DNA from: Anolis carolinensis
Taxonomy: Eukaryota
DNA length: 64,000 bases
Direction: 5' to 3'
Assembly: GCF_035594765.1 (NCBI RefSeq)
Contig: NW_026943822.1
Location: 20,731,769 to 20,795,768, forward strand
Shown here: piece by piece, positions 1 through 10,684 of the stretch
Layout: each line of letters opens with the position of its first letter
How positions within the stretch are numbered: position 1 is the stretch's first letter
Translations under genes and position numbers: made by a program
The notes under the pieces: model-generated
Seen by the model: the letters and a program-made list of their open reading frames with translations, nothing else
What the model was told of the DNA's origin: nothing
The model's database searches: none

Positions 1-300
1 CAGCAGCAAAGAACTGGTGGGATCACAAGCCTGCAAAAGTATTGGAAAATGAGCACGCAAAGATACTGTGGGACTTCCGAATCCAGACTGACAAAGTTCT
101 GGAACACAACACACCAGACATCACAGTTGTGGAAAAGAACAAGGTTTGGATCATTGATGTTGCCATCCCAGGTGACAGTCGCATAGATGAAAAACAACAG
201 GAAAAACTCAGTGTTCGACTTGTGGTTTTGCGAAACGAAATCCAGCATATCTATCTTGTTTGCTGTGCCATACAACGTCGTTGTGTTGATAATAATAATA
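1..300 (+). mobile_element. R4/Dong-like non-LTR retrotransposon 3' fragment (restriction-like endonuclease region), internally deleted
   Basis: Translates WWDHKPAKVLENEHAKILWDFRIQTDKVLEHNTPDITVVEKNKVWIIDVAIPGD (PD..D RLE motif), then jumps to the 3' UTR shared with other copies and ends in (TAA)n. Confidence 0.75.
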
Positions 301-653
301 ACTTTATTTTTATACCCCGCCCCATCTCCCCGAAGGGACTCGGGGCGGCTTACATGGGGCCTAGCCCGATAAGATAATCAATATCAATAGCACGACTATA
401 AAACAATTATACCAGTAAAACATCAATAGCAATAAAACAATCGTTAAAATCAGCAAAAAGCATACAAAAAACATACAATATTAAAACAGGAGACTAATTC
501 ATAAAATCCAGAACAGAATGTGCCGGTAGAAATGGACAATAAAGTGCAAACCCAATATATCTATGCTAAATTTTCCCAAATCTCAAGCAAGGGGGGGGGG
601 GGGGATATCTGAAATCAAAGGACTTGGGTTCCCAAACATTTCAGATAAGGGAT

Positions 654-930
654 GGATTCCCCCAGGCAGGAAGCAGCCAGGCTTTGAAACTGCAAGGCCA
701 TTCAATGCTAATCAAGCTGGCCATGGCTTGCCTCAAGCAGACAAGAGTTCTTTCTCCCACCCTGGACCTTATTCCACAGGTATATCAACCCCACATGCCT
801 AGTTTCCGACAGAACACACAATGCCTGCCACAGATGTGGGTGAAACATCAGGAGAGAATGCTTCTGGAACATGGCCAGACAGCACAGAAAATTCACAGTG
901 ATTCCGGCCATGAAAGCCTTTGACAACACA
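654..930 (+). mobile_element. Penelope-like element terminal (pLTR-like) fragment with degenerate hammerhead motif
   Basis: Same sequence family as 5281-6235, 15921-16012, 16862-17293, 23047-23348 and 63124-63256. Confidence 0.65.
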
Positions 931-1032
931 ATGAACCCTGCTTTTTCTCCCCTTCAGGACTGAGACCTATCAACTTCATTTTCTTTATTTTTTTCCCTTT
1001 CACACATAAACTTGGTTTGATGCACACAATTA

Positions 1033-1355
1033 CAGTAGAGTCTCACTTATCCAACACTCGCTTATCCAACGTTCTGGATTATCCAACGCATTTTTGTAGT
1101 CAATGTTTTCAATACATCGTGATATTTTGGTGCTAAATTCGTAAATACAGTAATTACTACATAGCATTACTGCGTATTGAACTACTTTTTCTGTCAAATT
1201 TGTTGTATAACGTGATGTTTTTATGCTTAATTTGTAAAATCATAACCTAATTTAATGTTTAATAGGCTTTTCCTTAATCCCTCCTTATTATCCAAGATAT
1301 TCTCTTATTCAACGTTCTGCCGGCCCGTTTATGTTGGATAAGTGAGACTTTACTG
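1033..1355 (+). mobile_element. Tc1/mariner-pogo-type MITE (~323 bp)
   Basis: TIRs CAGTAGAGTCTCACTTATCCAA...TTGGATAAGTGAGACT(T)TACTG, TA on both flanks; about 12 copies in the window. Confidence 0.85.
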
Positions 1356-1452
1356 TACTGAATGCACTTAAAATTGCTGTGTGTAAAATCACTTTTGGGT
1401 GTGTCAATGTGTTTAGAATGGGCTTCCCATATCCAGGATCTTTATGCTAATA

Positions 1453-1775
1453 CAGTAGAGTCTCACTTATCCAACACTCGCGTATCCAACGTTCTGGATT
1501 ATCCAACGCATTTTTGTAGTCAATGTTTTCAATACATCGTGATATTTTGGTGCTAAATTCGTAAATACAGTAATTACTACATAGCATTACTGTGTATTGA
1601 ACTACTTTTTCTGTCAAATTTGTTGTATAACATGATGTTTTGATGCTTAATTTGTAAAATCATAACCTAATTTGATGTTTAATAGGCTTTTCCTTAATCC
1701 CTCCTTATTATCCAAGATATTCGCTTATTCAAGCTTCTGCCGGCCCGTTTAGCTTGGATAAGTGAGACTCTACTG
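1453..1775 (+). mobile_element. Tc1/mariner-pogo-type MITE
   Basis: Same TIRs and TA flanks; a 3' partial copy lies at 1928-2010. Confidence 0.85.
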
Positions 1776-3104
1776 TAGTTGTTAACGGTTTTAAATGTGT
1801 TGCTGTTTTATTGATCTGTTTGGCATTGAATTTTGCCTGTTGTTGTAAGCTGCCCCGAATCCCCTCGGGTGAGAAGGGTGGGTAGAAATGTTGTAAATAA
1901 ATAAATAAAATAAAATAAATATACTCTCTTAATGCCTCCTTATTACCCAACATATTTGCTTATCCAACATTCTGCTGGCCCGTTTATGTTGGATAAGTGA
2001 GACTCTACTGTACACTTAAAATTACTCTCTGTAAAATCATTTTCGGTCATCTATGCAAACCTAAATATGTTTAGAAAGGGCTTCCCAAATGCTTTATGTA
2101 AATATTCCCGAATATGACTTGAAGTTGGAGGAATAATATCCAGAACCCTAGAAAGGCAAAGGGAATGATGCTATAACTTGGAGCCGCCTCTGCAAAGCTA
2201 GTGCTGAAACAGCTCCGCTTTCCTTGGAGGCAGACACCCCGTGCCTTCTTCTTATGGGACCTTAGAGTTTGTGCCCCCCAAGTCCTACCTGGAGGAGACC
2301 CCCACCATGAGCTGGACCCTATTTGCCCCTCCCTTTGTTGCCCCTCCCTCCCTGGGGAGGCTTTTTTCAACCCATCCCTGGGGAGGCAGCCAGCCAGCCA
2401 GCCAGCCAGAGAGGACGCATCGCCAGCCAAAGCAAGAGCCGCCTGCGTTAACAGCTGCTTGCACTTTGCTGACACGAGCGATTCGTAGTTGAACACACCA
2501 CGTCCTTGAGCCGGGAATGAGAGCGAGAGAGAAGAAGGAAAGAACAGGCTTCTCGTCGCCTGCAAAAGACACACACCGAAGCAGAGAGTCCGGAGTCTCT
2601 TGAACGGCGAGCAGCTGGGAAAGAGCACCAGAGCATCTCTTTCTCTCACTTGGTCCTTCTTCTTCTTCTTCTCTGGATTGAGCCTGGAGAAGATGCTGAA
2701 TGGAGATGATGGAGGGAGGAGAGGAGGAAAAGGAGGATGACCTCCCTCCAATCGCCTCTCCATTCCGGAGATTTTGAAGAACCCGGAATGAACCCCAAAA
2801 GAAAGTCGGAGAGGCGGAATACTTGAGAGCGTCTCGGCACTACAAAGTAAGAATTTGGCACTCTTGACTGGTGAGGAACCTGGGCAAACTGGAACCGGAC
2901 TCTGCCCATCCTTGTTGTGGGGTCTCCAAGATGCACCCCGGGAATATGGAGGTGGTGGGACCTTCGTCGCTCCCCATCCCGTCTGCGGGAGGTGTTTCTG
3001 GGGTCTCCAAGATGCACCCCGGGAATGTGGAAATCGTGGGATCTTCGTCACTAGCCATCCAGTCACAGGAGAGGACTTCCACCACAACCACCGTCCAGTC
3101 CAGG

Positions 3105-3728
3105 ATGGAGAACTTCCGCAAAGTCAAGACCTCCGAGGAGGAGAGCCCTCTCCCCTTCTCTGGCTTGCCCCCGAACGTGGTGGAAATGAAGGTGAAGGAA
3201 GGCAGCAAAATCCGCAACCTGATGGGCTTCGCCATGGGCAGGATGGCGCTGGGCGAGACGCGGCAGATCGTCTTCAGCGGCTGCGGCCGGGCGGTCACCA
3301 AGACCATCACCTGTGTGGAGATCATGAAGCGCAAGCTCGGCGGCCTCCACCAACTCACCAAGGTGCGATACAAGACCCTGAAGGAGGTCTGGGAGGACAA
3401 GGACCCACGGCAGGAGGGACAAGTGGAGCACCTCACCGTCCACAAGAACGTGCCCTCCATCTGCATCTTGCTCTCCAAAGATCCTCTAGATCCCAACCAG
3501 ATGGGTTACCAACCTCCTGAACCTCCAGAAACATTGTGGATCGATGAGGGTAGCAGCCGTGAAGATGGATCTGGAGCAACATCAACAAAAGGCATCAAGA
3601 GAAGTTTCTCCATGACCCATGGAGAGGACCATCAGGGCACCAAGCGAGGACCAGGGGAACATCGAGAAGATCCAGGACAACTTGGGGACCAAGGTGGGTT
3701 ATGGACATGGACAGTGCCTTCTTCTTGA
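3105..3728 (+). CDS. RPP25: Ribonuclease P/MRP subunit p25 (Alba-like domain), intronless, 207 aa
   Basis: MENFRKVKT...MKVKEGSKIRNLMGFA...IVFSGCGRAVTKTITCVEIMKRKLGGLHQ...KNVPSICILLSKDPLDP..GYQPP; strong Kozak aggATGg; next to COX5A as in human. Confidence 0.93.
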   Translation: MENFRKVKTSEEESPLPFSGLPPNVVEMKVKEGSKIRNLMGFAMGRMALGETRQIVFSGCGRAVTKTITCVEIMKRKLGGLHQLTKVRYKTLKEVWEDKDPRQEGQVEHLTVHKNVPSICILLSKDPLDPNQMGYQPPEPPETLWIDEGSSREDGSGATSTKGIKRSFSMTHGEDHQGTKRGPGEHREDPGQLGDQGGLWTWTVPSS

Positions 3729-4613
3729 CCCACACTATTCTGAGGAACCCCAAGCCATAGGTTGCATCTCCAGAAGTGACTACATTATAAGTACAGGTAT
3801 ATACTGATATTCAGAAGGAAATCTAGATTTGTAGCTGATTTGCAATCCACTAAAAGGGACCAGGTTCAGCTCATCCCTGCTTTTGTTGTGAACTTGGTTT
3901 GAGAGACACTTCGTCTATTCCTGGTTTCCTCATCTATTACCTGGTGGGACAAAGGGCATCAAGGGAAGGTTCTCCATGACCCAGGAGAACATTGAGAAGA
4001 TCCAGGAGAACTTGGGGACCAAGGTGGGCTATGGACATGGACAATGTCTTCGTCCTGACCCACACTGTTCTGAGGAACCCCAAGCCATAGGTTGCATCTC
4101 CAGAAGTGACTACATTATAAGTACAGGTATATACTGAGATTCAGAAGCTACTCTAGATTTGTAGATGCTTGGGACCGGACTCAGCTCATTCCTGCTTTTG
4201 TTGAAAACTTGGTTTGAGAGATACTTCATCTATTCCTGGTTTCCTCATCTATTACCTGGTGGGACAAAGGGCATCAAGAGAAGGTTCTTCATGACTCATG
4301 GAGAGGACCATCAGGGCACCAAGCGAGGACCAGGGGAACATCAAGAAAATCCAGGAGAACTTGGAAACCAAGGTGGGTTATGGACATGGACAATGTCTTT
4401 GTCCTGACCCACACTTTTCTGAGGAACCCCAAGCCATAGGTTGCATCTCCAGAAGTGACTACATTATAAGTACAGGTATATACTGATATTCAGAACGTAC
4501 TCTAGATTTGTAGATGCTTTGGCACCAGACTCAGCTCATTCCTGCTTTTGTTGTGAACTTGGTTTGGAGGAGACTTCATCTATTCCTGGTTTCTTCATCT
4601 ATTACCTGGTGGG
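3585..4613 (+). repeat. Tandem triplication (364, 315 and 350 bp units) of the RPP25 C-terminal codons and proximal 3'UTR
   Basis: Units begin acaaa(a/g)ggcatcaag at 3585, 3949 and 4264 and end attacctggtggg. Confidence 0.9.
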
Positions 4614-5280
4614 TGGTTTTGGAAACAAAGCCCAACTGAGGGTTCATCTATGTTGTAGAATTGATGCAGTTTGATACCACTTTAACCGCCATGGCTCAGT
4701 GCTACTGAATGCTGGGATTTGTAGTTTGGCGAGGGGAAAGGCTGGGTGGCAAAAAAACAAGGGAATGCAATACTTCTAGAAAAGGTTCCGCTGGCAAGTG
4801 TATATCTGTGTTTGTGTGTGTGTTACACAAACCAGGCAGTTCTGTAATTCTTTCAGAGACTTGCAATGCGATTGCTCTTATCAGACACTTCAGGGCAGCC
4901 AAAGCTGTTTGCAGTGGGTTCATTCCTTATCGATTCGGAGCGGGATCACTTTCGCCAAAGGATGCTTCCACTCATTCGAATCACAGTCTGTTCGCTCCAC
5001 TTTATTTTTCTTCTGCTCTTACTTGCCAGCAACATATTTCAGCGCCACAATCAATGAAGTCTCATTGCAGCTTGGTCCTTGTCTTAAATGCGTTTCTCTG
5101 AATGCTGGATCTTTCTATGCGCTACCAAAAGTTAACCCTGTTTTGAATATTTTCACGGACTTCTGTTGTGAATCTGCTCTGGGTTTTGGTCTGAACTTTA
5201 AAGAAGTGACACAAGCTGCCTATTTGAGGGATAAAGTTCAGGATGTAAATCCAGTCCAATTCCTGCCTTGCTGACAGTGA

Positions 5281-6235
5281 AGTGATGGGTTGCTGTGAAT
5301 TTTCCGGTCTGTATGGACATGTTTCAGAAGCATTCTCTCCTGACGTTTCACCCACATCTATGGCAGGCATCCACAGAGGTTGTGAGATCTGTCAGAAACT
5401 AGGCAAGTGGGGTTTATATATCTGTGGGAGAAAGAACTCTTGTCTGCTTGAACTAAGTGTGAATGTTGCCATTGGCCACCTTGATCAGCATTGAATGGCC
5501 TTGCAGCTTCAAAGCCTGGCTGCTTCCTCTGTTTGAGGCAAGTGTGAATGTTGCCATTGGCCGCCTTGATTAGCGTTGAATGGCCTTGCAGCTTCAAAGC
5601 CTGGCTGTTTCCTCTGTTTGAGGCAAGTGTGAACGTTGCCATTGGCCACCTTGATTAGCGTTGAATGGCCTTGCAGCTTCAAAGCCTGGCTGCTTCCTCT
5701 GTTTCAGGCAAGTGTGAATGTTGCCTTTGGCCACCTTGATTAGCGTTGAATGGCCTTGCAGCTTCAAAGCCTGGCTGCTTCCTCTGTTTCAGGCAAGTGT
5801 GAATGTTGCCTTTGGCCACCTTGATTAGCGTTGAATGGCCTTGCAGCTTCAAAGCCTGGTTGCTTCCTCTGTTTGAGGCAAGTGTGAACGTTGCCATTGG
5901 CCACCTTGATTAGCGTTGAATGGCCTTGCAGCTTCAAAGCCCGGCTGTTTCCTCTGTTTGAGGCAAGTGTGAATGTTGCCATTGGCTACCTTGATTAGCA
6001 TCGAATGGCCTTGCAGTTTCAAAGCCTGGCTGCTTCCTCTGTTTGAGGCAAGTGTGGATATTGCCATTGGCCACCTTGATTAGCATTGAAAAGCTTTGCA
6101 GCTTCAAAGCTTCCTGCTTCCTGCCTAGGGGAACCCTTTGTTGGGAGGTGTTAGCTGGCCCTGATTGTTTCCTGTCTGTAATTCCTCTGTTTTCTAAGTG
6201 TTGTTATTTATTTACTGTCCTGATTTTAGAGGTTT
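5281..6235 (-). mobile_element. Penelope-like terminal fragment containing an internal 85-bp tandem array
   Basis: Reverse complement of the 654-930 and 23047-23348 family; hammerhead-like motif at 5339-5379. Confidence 0.65.
5455..6122. repeat. 85-bp minisatellite, ~8 units
   Basis: aagtgtg(a/g)a recurs at 5455, 5540, 5625, 5710, 5795, 5880, 5965 and 6050. Confidence 0.95.
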
Positions 6236-6272
6236 TTTTTTTATATTGGTAGCATTGTATAATGCTTTAGAT

Positions 6273-6386
6273 CAGTGGTTCCCAACCTTTAGGCTGACAG
6301 GTGTTTTGGGCTTCAACACCCAGCTGTTAGGAATGATGGGAACTGAAGTCCAAAACACTTAGATGCCCAAAGTTTGGGAACCACTG
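6273..6386. mobile_element. Small hAT-type MITE
   Basis: TIRs CAGTGGTTCCCAA...TTGGGAACCACTG; 8-bp TSD CTTTAGAT at 6265-6272 and 6387-6394. Confidence 0.85.
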
Positions 6387-6480
6387 CTTTAGATGTTAGA
6401 ATAGGACTATAGAGACCAGGATTCAGATCCCCACTCAGTCATGGAACACCATTGGGTGGCTTTGTCCAAGTCACACTCTC

Positions 6481-7877
6481 TCCAAACAATTACCGTCCGG
6501 TCAGCCTCACATCGATACCAGGCAAAATTCTGGAAAAGATCATCAAGGAAGTGGTCTGCGAACACTTAGAAACAAATGCGGTCATTGCTAATAGTCAACA
6601 CGGATTTACCAAAAACAAGTCATGCCAGACTAATCTGATCTCTTTTTTCGATAGAGTTACGAGTTGGGTCGATACAGGGAATGCTGTGGATGTAGCCTAC
6701 CTGGATTTCAATAAGGCCTTCGACAAAGTCCCCCACGACCTTCTGGCAAATAAACTAGTAAAATGTGGGCTAGACAAAACTACGGTTAGGTGGATCTGTA
6801 ATTGGCTAAGCGAACGAACCCAAAGGGTGATTCTCACCAATGCGTCGTCTTCATCATGGAAAGAAGTAACAAGTGGAGTGCCATCAGCAGGGCTCCGTCC
6901 TGGGCCCGGTTCTGTTCAACATCTTTATTAACGATTTAGACGAAGGGTTAGAAGGCACGATCATCAAGTTTGCAGATGACACCAAACTGGGAGGGATAGC
7001 TAACACTCCAGAAGACAGGAGCAGAATTCAAAACGATCTTGACAGACTAGAGAGATGGGCCGAAACTAACAAAATGAAGTTCAACAGGGACAAATGCAAG
7101 ATGCTTCATTTCGGCAGAAAAAATGGAAATCAAAGAGACAGAATGGGGGACGCCTGGCTTGACAGCAGTGTGTGCGAAAAAGACCTTGGAGTCCTCGTGA
7201 ACAACAAGTTAAACATGAGCCAACAATGTGATGCGGCTGCTAAAAAAGCCAATGGGATTCTGTCCTGCATCAATAGGGGAATAGCGTCTAGATCCAGGGA
7301 AGTTATGCTCCCCCTTATTCTATTCTGCCTTGGTCAGACCACACCTGGAATCACACTGTGTCCAATTTTGGGCACCACAGTTGAAGGGAGATGTTGACAA
7401 GCTGGAAAGCGTCCAGAGGAGGGTGACTAAAATGATGAAGGGTCTGGAGAACAAGCCCTATGAGGAGCGGCTTAAAGAGCTGGGCATGTTTAGCCTGCAG
7501 AAGAGAAGGCTGAGAGGAGACATGATAGCCATGTACAAATACGTGAGGGGAAGTCATAGGGAAGAGGGAGCAAGCTTGTTTTCTGCTGCCCTGCAGACTA
7601 GGACATGGAACAATGGCTTCAAACTACAGGAAAGGAGATTCCACCTGAACATCAGGAAGAACTTCCTCACTGTGAGAAAGGCTGTTTGACAGTGGAACTC
7701 TCTCCCCCGGGCCGTGGTGGAGGCTCCTTCCTTGGAGGCTTTTAAGCAGAGGCTGGATGGCCATCTGTCGGGGGTGCTTTGAATGCGATTTCCTGCTTCT
7801 TAGCAGGGGGTTGGACTAGATGGCCCATGTGGTCTCTTCCAACTCTACTATTCTATGATTCTATGATTCTATGATTC
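6481..7877 (+). mobile_element. CR1 LINE, 5'-truncated, frameshifted ORF2 (reverse transcriptase)
   Basis: NYRPVSLTSIPGKILE, QHGFTKNKSCQTNL, YLDFNKAFDKVPH, GSVLGPVLFNIFINDLD, KFADDTKL split over three frames; ends in (ATTCTATG)n. Confidence 0.95.
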
Positions 7878-8698
7878 AGCCTCAGAGGGAAGTAATGCAA
7901 AATCTTATCAAGGAAATGCTAGAAGTGAGAGTCGACTTGAAGGCATGTAAGGACAAACGGATTGTTTTTCTGTGACAGGCACCCAGAAATGGATGCAAGG
8001 AGTATTGTAAAACAACAACACAACACTGCGAGCCCCTACCAACCCTCTCCCCATCTCTTTCTTTCTATTTCTCTCGGCGGCAGGGAGTTGACAAGCTCGC
8101 ATTGAGATGTCTGGGCCCCGTCAAGAAGGATGGCTTGCTCGAAGCTTCCCCAAGTAACACCTTCATTATCGTCAGGCGGGAGAGGAGCTGTCAGGGTTAT
8201 TAATGGACAGCTCAGAGCTCAGGGCCAAATGATCTGTTTTGAACAAAACACACAAACAGACAGATGGGCTTCTCCTCCACTCCTGCCTTGGCTTGCCCCA
8301 GATCATGAGTCCCAGCCCATTAAAACATCGAGTACAAATACGTGTGTTCGCTTTATTCTGGAAAATGTAGGCTGGGTTTTGCATTATCGTAGCTACCATT
8401 TAATAATAATAATAATAAAACTTTATTTATAACCCACCACAATCTCCCCGCAGGGACTCAGGGCGGCTCACGTTGTTACAAAAGTAACAACAATATATAA
8501 AGATTAAAACACAATAAGATAATAAAACAAAAGTTAATACAACAGTAATAATATCAAACAACCAGCAATACAATTCAGTCAAACTTCATAGGTGAGGGGA
8601 CTGCAGCAGCAATATAAAGATGGAATCATTAGATTAAAATTAAAATACCCAGATAAGAGGGACCTAGTAAAATTCAGAATAGAATTATAATGGGAATA

Positions 8699-8750
<52 letters not shown>

Positions 8751-8751
<1 letters not shown>

Positions 8752-8897
8752 CAAAAGGCTACCCTACTGGGATCTGCGTGCATCATCCAAAAATACATCA
8801 CACAGTCCTAGACACTTGGGAAGTGTTCGACTTGTGATTTTGCGATACGAAATCCAGCATATCTATCTTGTTTGCTGTGTCATAATAAAATAATAAT
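8751..8897 (+). mobile_element. R4/Dong-like 3' end inserted in (TAA)n
   Basis: QKATLLGSACIIQKYITQS* plus the shared 3' UTR; (TAA)n upstream and TAA tail. Confidence 0.75.
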
Positions 8898-9213
8898 ATA
8901 AACTATAAGAATAATTTAGAAATTCAGGAGTGGCTCCTGTATTTTTGGGAGAGGCTCCTGACTTCAATCCAAACTTATAAAATGTAAATATTGTGGATGG
9001 CATGAGTTTGGGCATTGTTTAATATGGGTGCAACCTTACTGTAGAATTATTGCAATTTGATGTCACTTTATCTTCCAAGGCTCCATGCTATGCCATCCTA
9101 GGAATTGTATTAATAGGTCTTTAGCCTTTTTTGCCATTGGATACAATGAGCTTTCATGGATATTGATATCCACAGGGATCCTGGAACCCAGGGCTCAATG
9201 TATTAACATGTTT

Positions 9214-9543
9214 AAAGGTAAAGGTAAAAGCTTTCCCTGACGTTAAGTCCAGTCGTGTCCAACTCTGGGGGTTGGTGCTCATCTCCATTTCTAAGCGGAA
9301 GAGCCAGCGTTGTCCATAGACACCTCCAAGGTCATGTGGCTGGGACATGTCGTGAAGGAAACGATGTTACCTTCCCACCGGAGCAGTACCTATTCATCTA
9401 CTCACATTTGAATGTTTTCGAACTGCTAGGTTAGCAAAAGCTGGGGCTAACAGTGGGAGCTCACCCCGGATTCGAATCACCAACCTTTCAATCAGCAAGT
9501 TCAGCAGCTCAGTGGTTTAATCCGCTGCGCCACCGGGGGCTCC
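9214..9543 (-). mobile_element. Sauria SINE
   Basis: Minus strand starts GGAGCCCCCGGTGGCGCAG (tRNA-like head) and ends in ACCTTT repeats; ~12-bp TSD attaacat(g/a)ttt. Confidence 0.88.
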
Positions 9544-9594
9544 ATTAACATATTTATGTTCCACTAAATATGAAATGGAGGCATTGATTTCTTT

Positions 9595-9733
9595 GGCTCC
9601 GTCCACACAGCTGTATAAAACCCACATTGAACTGGATTATATGGCAGTGTGGACTCAGATAACCCAGTTCAATGCAGATAATGTGGATTATCTGCCCTGC
9701 TATTCTGGGTGATATGGCTGTGTGGAAGGGCCC
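9595..9733. mobile_element. Short non-autonomous DNA element (GGCCC.TCCACACAGC-type termini, PIF/Harbinger-like)
   Basis: Inverted ends tccacacagc / gctgtgtggaagggccc; related copies near 10985-11105, 49555-49690 and 50985-51135. Confidence 0.5.
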
Positions 9734-9755
9734 TAAGGCTGCATCTGTTGTAGAA

Positions 9756-9808
<53 letters not shown>

Positions 9809-10024
9809 TTTATTTATACCCTGCCACCATCTCCCCAACGGGGACTCGGGGCGGCTTACATGGGGCCATGCCCAGGACAATACAATATAGCAAAATATAA
9901 AAACAACATATCATAATGCAATTAAACAATACAATAAATAATCATGTACAGTACAACACAAAATCAAAAAAGCAATATAACAATAATAATAATAATTAAT
10001 ATAATAATAATTATAATAATAATA

Positions 10025-10347
10025 CAGTAGAGTCTCACTTATTGAAGCCTCGCTTATCCAAGCTTCTGGATTATCCAAGCCATTTTTGTAGTCAACGTTT
10101 TCAATATATTGTGATATTTTGGTGCTAAATTCGTAAATACAGTAATTACAACATAACATTACTGCCTATTGAACTACTTTTTCTGTCAAATTTGTTGTAT
10201 AACATGATGTTTTGGTGCTTAATTTGTAAAATCATAACCTAATTTGATGTTTAATAGGCTTTTCCTTAATCCCTCCTCATTATCCAAGATATTCGCTTAT
10301 CCAAGGTTCTGCCGGCCCGTTTAGCTTGGATAAGTGAGACTCTACTG
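10025..10347 (+). mobile_element. Tc1/mariner-pogo-type MITE
   Basis: CAGTAGAGTCTCACTTAT TIRs, TA flanks. Confidence 0.85.
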
Positions 10348-10361
10348 TAATAATAATAATA

Positions 10362-10684
10362 CAGTAGAGTCTCACTTATCCAACATAAACGGGCCAGCAG
10401 AATGTTGGATAAGCGAATATGTTGGATAATAAGGAGAGATTAAGGAAAAGCCTATTAAACATCAAATTAGGTTATGATTTTACAAATTAAGCACCAAAAC
10501 ATCATGTTAGACAACAAATTTGAGAGAAAAAGTAGTTCAATATGCAGTAATGTTATGTTGTAATTACCGTATTTACGCATTTAGCACCAAAATATCACGA
10601 TATTTTGAAAACATTGACTACAAAAATGTGTTGGATAATCCAGAATGTTGGATAAGCGAGTGTTGGATTAGTGAGACTCTACTG
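10362..10684 (-). mobile_element. Tc1/mariner-pogo-type MITE, inverted relative to the neighbouring copy
   Basis: Same TIRs; the interior is the reverse complement of 10025-10347. Confidence 0.85.

Noticed and set aside
2871-3104. ORF-track start of RPP25 at 2871
   Set aside because: It is a GTG; homology begins at MENFRKV (3105)
2071-3496. Long minus-strand ORFs (338 aa, 218 aa) and alternative plus frames over RPP25
   Set aside because: Shadows of GC-rich coding/promoter DNA with no recognisable domain
5054-5105. SECIS-like ATGA...GA downstream of the RPP25 TGA
   Set aside because: No apical AA at the required spacing, no convincing stem, and RPP25 is not a known selenoprotein
6452-7689. 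Functional reverse transcriptase gene
   Set aside because: 5'-truncated CR1 copy with frameshifts
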